Assembly (NCBI GenBank): GCA_043804695.1
Contig: JAZDIV010000002.1
Location: 1-20,787 of the forward strand
From: PVC group bacterium
GTDB lineage: Bacteria > Auribacterota > Erginobacteria > Erginobacterales > Erginobacteraceae
Direction: 5' to 3'
DNA length: 20,787 nt
Made by a program: the position numbers and the translations under genes. Below are positions 16,008 to 20,787 of this stretch, one piece after another; the first letter of the stretch is position 1, and the number at the start of each line of letters is the position of its first letter. The notes below the pieces were generated by a model that saw nothing but the letters and a program-made list of their open reading frames with translations, ran no database searches and was not told where the DNA came from.

Positions 16008-16721
16008 GTGCCGGCCAAACCGTCAGCACGGGTTTTCGCCCTGAAGGCGGAATGCGGCTTCACCGTTATCGAGATCCTGATCGCCGTCGCCCTGGGGGCG
16101 GTGATCCTCGCCACCGTGTACGGGGCGTATCACATGGTGGTCAAAACGACCATGAACTACAGCAGCGTTTCCGACACCTATCAGACGGCCCGGATCGTCC
16201 TGGACACGCTGGCCAAGGAGATCAGCGGGGCCTATCAGCCGCTTTTTGCGAAAAAGGGCAAGATGTTTCTGGGGGTGGACGAGTGGTACGCCGGGCTGGA
16301 AAACGATACGCTGAGCATGGTGACCACCACCTGCATCAGGGGGGGGGAGGTGGAGACCGGGCACGACACCTACGAGGTGAGCTACTACCTGGGCCGGGGG
16401 GAAGACGACGGCCTCCTCTATATGAAGATGGCCCCGTATTTCAGCCTGGAGGAGCCGTTCGGGGAGGGGGAAGAGGTTGTCATGGCCGAGAACGTCCGGT
16501 CTCTGGACTTTAAATACTTTGATGGGACGGAGTGGGTGGAGACCTGGGGCGGAGAAGAGCCGTCGGCGGGAGACGAGGAGGCGCCAGCCCTTCCCTACGG
16601 GGTTCGGATCACCGTCTCCCTGGGCCCGCCGGGGGAGAAAGCGCCGGCCCGCTTCAGCACGGTCGCCTATCTTCCGATGACCCCCCGGCTGAAGGAGGAG
16701 GAGGAGATAATAGAGGAATAA
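16008..16721 (+). CDS. gspJ: Type II secretion minor pseudopilin J
   Basis: G|FTVIEILIAVALG, EVSYYL, VRSLDFKYFDGTEWVETW, LPYGVRITV; GTG start with GGAGG at 15992-15996. Confidence 0.9.
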   Translation: MPAKPSARVFALKAECGFTVIEILIAVALGAVILATVYGAYHMVVKTTMNYSSVSDTYQTARIVLDTLAKEISGAYQPLFAKKGKMFLGVDEWYAGLENDTLSMVTTTCIRGGEVETGHDTYEVSYYLGRGEDDGLLYMKMAPYFSLEEPFGEGEEVVMAENVRSLDFKYFDGTEWVETWGGEEPSAGDEEAPALPYGVRITVSLGPPGEKAPARFSTVAYLPMTPRLKEEEEIIEE

Positions 16722-16757
16722 ATATCGAATAACGAATAGCGAACGACGAATGTCGAA
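16721..16757. repeat. Heptamer tandem array (AATANCG-like)x5
   Basis: aatatcg aataacg aatagcg aacgacg aatgtcg aa, starting at the gspJ stop. Confidence 0.75.
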
Positions 16758-16792
16758 GGAAGAAATAACAAGAAATCCTAAGATTTTAATCG

Positions 16793-18130
16793 ATGCTCGG
16801 GGTAATGGCTATTATCTCTTTCCCATTCAATCACATTCAATCGTCTGTTAATAAGGAGTCCGAGGCCGGTGTTGTTCTGCTGACGGTCGTACTGGTGATC
16901 GCCCTCCTGGGGGTGCTGGTGATGCAGTACAATTATCTCAGCGCTCTTGATGTGAAGATGGCGGCCGGCGCCCGGGACAACCTGGAAGCGTATTACCTGG
17001 CCCAGGCCGGCCTGAACCGGGCGATTTACCTGCTGGAGGAAGACAAGCTGGAAGAACTGGAGGAAGCGCAGGCCGATGAATCGGCGGCCGGAGTTCAGCA
17101 AAGCGTTTCGAGCGAAGACGAAGAGACCGGTGTCGACAGCCTGGATGAGCCCTGGGCGCTTGCCTGGACGCCGCAATCGCTCGGTTCGGGGACGTACTAT
17201 TTCAAGATTGTTGATGAAGACCGGAAGTTCAACCTGAACCTTCTTCTCGAGGACGCGGTTAAGGAGGTCGCCGCGGCGCGGGCGTTCCTCGCCGGCGGCG
17301 AAGAGGAGAAGGAGGACGAAAAAGAGCGGCCGGCCGAGGAGAAGCGGAAGGAGGGGAAAGAGGAGAAAAAAGAAGAAAAGGGGAAGACGGATGAGGAGGA
17401 GGAGACGGATGAGGATGATGATGAAATCGAGATAGATGACGAATCGCCCGAGTACCTGGCTCTCGCCCTGCTTCTGGAAAAACTCCGGGAACTGGCCGAC
17501 GAGGCGGACGGGATCGACCCTTTTGCCCGCTCGCTCTTTGACACCCCGAAAGGGACCATGAACGCGATCGTTGACTGGTTTGAAGATGAGCCGGGCGGAG
17601 ATACGTCTGCCATCGAGCGGAGCGGCCCGGTGGAGGCCTTCGGGGAGTTGTCCCTGATCAAGGACATGAGCCGGGAAATGTTGCTCGGCTCGCCCCTTCG
17701 GGAGGAAATCGAAGTCAAAAAGGAGGAGGGTGAGCTGGAGCTGATCGATCCCTGGGCGGTGAAGCCTTTTTCCGGGCTCAGGGGCTATTTGACCGTTTAC
17801 GGGGACGGGAAGGTCAATATCAATACCGCCCCCCGGGAGGTTCTGGAGGTCATGCTCCAGGACGAGGATGACGATCAGATGAGCCTGGCCGCAGATATCA
17901 TCGCCGCCCGGGGGGAACTCCCCTTTGAATCGGTCGAAGCGGTTAATGACGACGAGTATCTGAGCGAGAAGATCAAGGATAAGTTTCTTGAACGGTTCAA
18001 GGTCGACAGCGAGTATTTCAATATTCTTTCCGAGGGGAGGGTGGGGGAGACGACCGCCCGGATTCGGGCCGTTGTCCAGCGCCAGGAGGACCGGATCGTG
18101 ATCTGCTACTGGCGCTACGAAGGCCGTTAA
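16793..18130 (+). CDS. gspK: Type II secretion minor pseudopilin K with charged low-complexity insertions (start may be ATG16805)
   Basis: G|VVLLTVVLVIALL (no Glu+5, typical of K), AYYLAQAG, DSLDEPWA, IVDEDRKFNLN, AIVDW, GKVNINTAPREVL, SEYFNI. Confidence 0.92.
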   Translation: MLGVMAIISFPFNHIQSSVNKESEAGVVLLTVVLVIALLGVLVMQYNYLSALDVKMAAGARDNLEAYYLAQAGLNRAIYLLEEDKLEELEEAQADESAAGVQQSVSSEDEETGVDSLDEPWALAWTPQSLGSGTYYFKIVDEDRKFNLNLLLEDAVKEVAAARAFLAGGEEEKEDEKERPAEEKRKEGKEEKKEEKGKTDEEEETDEDDDEIEIDDESPEYLALALLLEKLRELADEADGIDPFARSLFDTPKGTMNAIVDWFEDEPGGDTSAIERSGPVEAFGELSLIKDMSREMLLGSPLREEIEVKKEEGELELIDPWAVKPFSGLRGYLTVYGDGKVNINTAPREVLEVMLQDEDDDQMSLAADIIAARGELPFESVEAVNDDEYLSEKIKDKFLERFKVDSEYFNILSEGRVGETTARIRAVVQRQEDRIVICYWRYEGR

Positions 18131-18155
18131 TCTTATTTTTCTCCGAAAAATAAGA
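18131..18155. repeat. Short AT-rich palindrome family, copy 3
   Basis: tcttatttttc-tcc-gaaaaataaga, immediately after the gspK stop. Confidence 0.85.
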
Positions 18156-18162
18156 GTTTATT

Positions 18163-19797
18163 ATGAAAATAATGGAAATGTTTCAGAACGGGTCGGCGCC
18201 GGCGCCCAGTTGCCGGGCGATCGAGATCGGAACGACGGGCATCCGGATCGCCGCCCTGAAGAAGTCGGGCAGGAAAGCCCGGCTGACCGATCTCCGGGTG
18301 CTCCCGATACCCCGGGATCGCCCGGGGGCCGCTCCCCCCGGGACGGTGCTGGATCTTCTCCGGTCCCTGGTCCGGGGGAAGGCGCTGAAGGAGGAAGTCA
18401 TCTGCACCGCCCTTCCGGTCCATCGGATCTTTGTCCGGAGCCTGGAACTGCCCTTCACCAGGATCTCCCAGATCCGGCAGGTGATCGCCGCGGAGGCGGA
18501 ACTGCATGTCCCTTTCCCCCTGGAGCAGATCATCATTGACTCCTGGCCGGTTGAGGAATTGGAGGGGGGAAGGACCCGGGTGATAATGATGGCGGCGAAA
18601 AAGACCGTTCTGGAAGACCACCTCCGGATGATGGCCGAGGCCGGCATCGACCCGACGAAGGTGAACGTCGATCTGCTCGGGTTCTGCCGGGCCTATGCGT
18701 GTTCGCCGCACCTCCCCCCCGAAGAGGTGACGATGCTCCTGGAAATCGGGGCTGTTCACACCGGCGTCGCCTTTATTCTGGGGGGAACGGTGGTTTCCCT
18801 GAGAAGTTTTTCCTGGGGCGGGGATACGGTCACAGCCCTGATCATGGAAGAGATGGGCTGCGGCTTCCCCGAGGCGGAGTCGATGAAGATCTCCGCGTCT
18901 TCGCTTTTGGGCGGGGAGGACCGGATCGCTCAGGCCGCCGCTCCCGCCTTCAGCCGTCTGGAGACCGAGTTGCTGAGGACGATCAGCTCCGCTTCCGCGG
19001 TCACGGGAGGGCGCTCCCCGCGGAATCTCATCCTCACGGGGGGCGGGGGCCGGCAGGCCGGTTTGCTGGAGTATCTGTCCAGCCGGCTTGACCTGACCCC
19101 TCTGGAGATCAGGCCGTTTTTGGAAGTGGTTTCAAAAAAGTTCCCGGACCGCCCGCCCGCCGCCCGGGGCGCCCTGGGGCTGGCCCTGAGCGAGATTACG
19201 GCCGCGCCGGCCCGGATCGACTTTCGCCGGGACGAGTTCGCGTTCCAGGGGTCCTGGAAGAAGATCCGCCGTCGCCTTTTCATCACCGCCGGCCTGGCCG
19301 CCGCCCTGATCGCCATCCTGGCCCTGGGTCTTTTCTGGAAAATCCGGCTGGAAAAGCGGGCGTCGGAAGACCTGGCCCGCCGGATCCGGCTGATCGTGCG
19401 CCGTAACTTCCCGGAAGCGCCCGTGCCGGAACCGGGGAGCGAGCTGAAGGCGATGAAAGAGGCAGTGGAAAAGGTCCGGCAGGAGCTAACGGTCTATCAT
19501 GAGATGGTCTCCGTCTCGGCGCTCGATCTCCTGCGGGAGATCAGCCGGACGATCCCCGATGCCATCAGGGTCCAGGTGGTCATTATGGACATCGATGAAA
19601 AGCGGGTGCTTTTCCGGGGAAGGACCGGCAATTATCGTTCGATGGAATTGATCAAAAACGCCCTCGCCCAATCGGATTACTTCGCCGGCGATCAGATCCG
19701 GGAGTCGAAGGAGGCCAAGACACTGGAAAAAAACGGTGAGCTGCAGACGGTGGAATTCGAGTACTATATCCCCCTCGCTCAGCGCGAAGGGAGTTAA
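18163..19797 (+). CDS. gspL: Type II secretion protein L (PilM-like actin-fold cytoplasmic domain + TM + PilN-like periplasmic domain)
   Basis: AIEIGTTGIR, RSLELPF..IRQVI..EAELHVPF, LLEIGAVHT, GGDTVT..I, LILTGGG, IDFRR, a TM helix, then SALDLLREIS. Confidence 0.85.
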   Translation: MKIMEMFQNGSAPAPSCRAIEIGTTGIRIAALKKSGRKARLTDLRVLPIPRDRPGAAPPGTVLDLLRSLVRGKALKEEVICTALPVHRIFVRSLELPFTRISQIRQVIAAEAELHVPFPLEQIIIDSWPVEELEGGRTRVIMMAAKKTVLEDHLRMMAEAGIDPTKVNVDLLGFCRAYACSPHLPPEEVTMLLEIGAVHTGVAFILGGTVVSLRSFSWGGDTVTALIMEEMGCGFPEAESMKISASSLLGGEDRIAQAAAPAFSRLETELLRTISSASAVTGGRSPRNLILTGGGGRQAGLLEYLSSRLDLTPLEIRPFLEVVSKKFPDRPPAARGALGLALSEITAAPARIDFRRDEFAFQGSWKKIRRRLFITAGLAAALIAILALGLFWKIRLEKRASEDLARRIRLIVRRNFPEAPVPEPGSELKAMKEAVEKVRQELTVYHEMVSVSALDLLREISRTIPDAIRVQVVIMDIDEKRVLFRGRTGNYRSMELIKNALAQSDYFAGDQIRESKEAKTLEKNGELQTVEFEYYIPLAQREGS

Positions 19798-19811
19798 TTT
19801 AATAATTATTA

Positions 19812-19902
19812 GCCACCAAGGCACGAAGGCACCAAGAAAGAGAAAAAAGGGCAAAATACTCACCTTATTTGATTCTCCTTGGTGTCCTGGTGTCTTAGTG
19901 GC
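19812..19902. repeat. Inverted octamer arrays, copy B
   Basis: gccaccaaggcacgaaggcaccaag / cttggtgtcctggtgtcttagtggc; shares the aataattatta 5' flank and the actcacct spacer motif with copy A. Confidence 0.9.
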
Positions 19903-19932
19903 GAAAAGTCGCGCCGGAGGCGCTAATTCGTA

Positions 19933-20466
19933 ATGGGGCTGAAAAAAAGAGAAAAACGCACCCTGATCATGGGGGGGGCGGCGGCCGCGGTCATCTTCCT
20001 CCTCTGGTATTTTTATCTCTCGGAAAACTCTCTTTATAACCGGTGGACGAACCTCCTGGACGAGGTGGCCGCCCGGGAGAACACCCTGGCGCAGATGATT
20101 CGTCTGCAGACACAGTATCGCCGGCTCGATCAGGAGATCGGAACCGTCACCGACCGGATGTCCGGCGGCGAAGAGGGGGGCACGCTCAAGGGTTTTCTGG
20201 AGAAGCTGATCAAAGAGCAGGCCCCGTCCGCCCGGCTGCGGCGGATGCCGTCCCGTGACGCTACCGCCGAGGGTCTCTATCGCCAGACCTTCGTAACCAT
20301 CGACCTGGAGAATGTCACCATCCCGGAGCTGGTGAATATCATGGCCGGGATGGAGTCCGCCCCGGAAGGGCTGAAGGTGCAGAAGCTGAAGGTTATTCTG
20401 GAACGCAAGGGAGAAGAGATGCTGGAGGCGGTCATCATTGCGGTCGCCGCCCGTCCGTTGAAATGA
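19933..20466 (+). CDS. gspM: Type II secretion protein M (GspM/PilO-like)
   Basis: LKKREKRTL followed by a TM, a coiled coil and a ferredoxin-like C-domain (VTIDLENVTIPELVNIMAGME); follows gspL. Confidence 0.85.
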   Translation: MGLKKREKRTLIMGGAAAAVIFLLWYFYLSENSLYNRWTNLLDEVAARENTLAQMIRLQTQYRRLDQEIGTVTDRMSGGEEGGTLKGFLEKLIKEQAPSARLRRMPSRDATAEGLYRQTFVTIDLENVTIPELVNIMAGMESAPEGLKVQKLKVILERKGEEMLEAVIIAVAARPLK

Positions 20467-20512
20467 CCGGGAATCATTGATTGACTTTGTCGGGATTTTA
20501 ATCAACCTGAAC

Positions 20513-20537
20513 GTAGGGGCGATCCCTGTGATCGCCC
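20513..20537 (+). repeat. GTAG-family REP (GTAGGGGCGATCCCTGTGATCGCCC)
   Basis: GTAG followed by a gggcgatc/gatcgccc hairpin; compensatory change relative to the 14893 copy. Confidence 0.8.
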
Positions 20538-20618
20538 GCCTGCCGCCGATGGATTTTTTGTCTCAGAGCGATATAATGTTGACGCAGGTTAGAACTTAGC
20601 GCATTCGTCACCAACCTC

Positions 20619-20787
20619 GTAGCGGCGACCTTTAGGTCGCCACTATCTGGCGGTCTAAAGAGGCTGTCCGACAACCCATAAAATGTCATCGCGAGCCCCG
20701 GAGGGGCGAAGCGATCTAAAAGCGTGGTCAGAATAAGCTATCTCCCAATTGGTTAAGATTGCTTCGTCGCTTCGCTCCTCGCAATGA
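20619..20787. mobile_element. Second nested element (reverse-oriented REP 20619-20659, MITE from 20660, inner palindrome from 20685), truncated by window end
   Basis: gtagcggcgacctttaggtcgccactatctggcggtc-TAAA matches the reverse complement of 4098-4138 with 2 mismatches, followed by gaggctgtccg and gtcatcgcgag...ctcgcaatga. Confidence 0.85.

Noticed and set aside
15998..16513. ATGA-coupled alternative ORF suggesting a frameshifted gspJ start
   Set aside because: GTG16008 has GGAGG upstream and yields an intact prepilin; the 15998 frame has no pilin features.
16823..16843. cattcaatca/cattcaatcg repeat as the partner arm of the 16721 heptamer array
   Set aside because: Its period is 10 rather than 7, complementarity is poor, and it lies in the gspK leader coding region.
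7587..20466. Type IV pilus rather than T2SS (PilM-like L, PilB-like E)
   Set aside because: GspC with PDZ, a GspD-type N0-N3 secretin, GspG signature motifs, GspK and the C-to-M gene order indicate T2SS; no pilT in the window.

Overview
GC-rich bacterial window with all credible genes on the + strand. The left part holds a PAC2-family gene (5'-truncated), an STT3/AglB/PglB-like membrane glycosyltransferase with altered catalytic and acceptor motifs, an exported FMN-binding domain fused to a cyclophilin and split by a 1-nt frameshift in a C7 run, and a secreted matrixin-type metalloprotease with FG-GAP-like repeats. An ECF sigma factor (with a likely autoregulated promoter) and a ZAS anti-sigma then lead into a type II secretion operon, gspC-D-E-F-G-H-I-J-K-L-M; gspN and gspO are not in the window. 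Nearly every intergenic gap is AT-rich and filled with small repeats: 7/8/9-mer tandem arrays, often as inverted arms, start-codon-abutting hairpins, and GTAG REPs. Two copies of a nested REP > MITE > palindrome element occur, with the MITE in the same REP loop but in opposite relative orientations. No rRNA, tRNA, CRISPR array or transposase was seen. All calls come from motif recognition by eye; no database searches were run.
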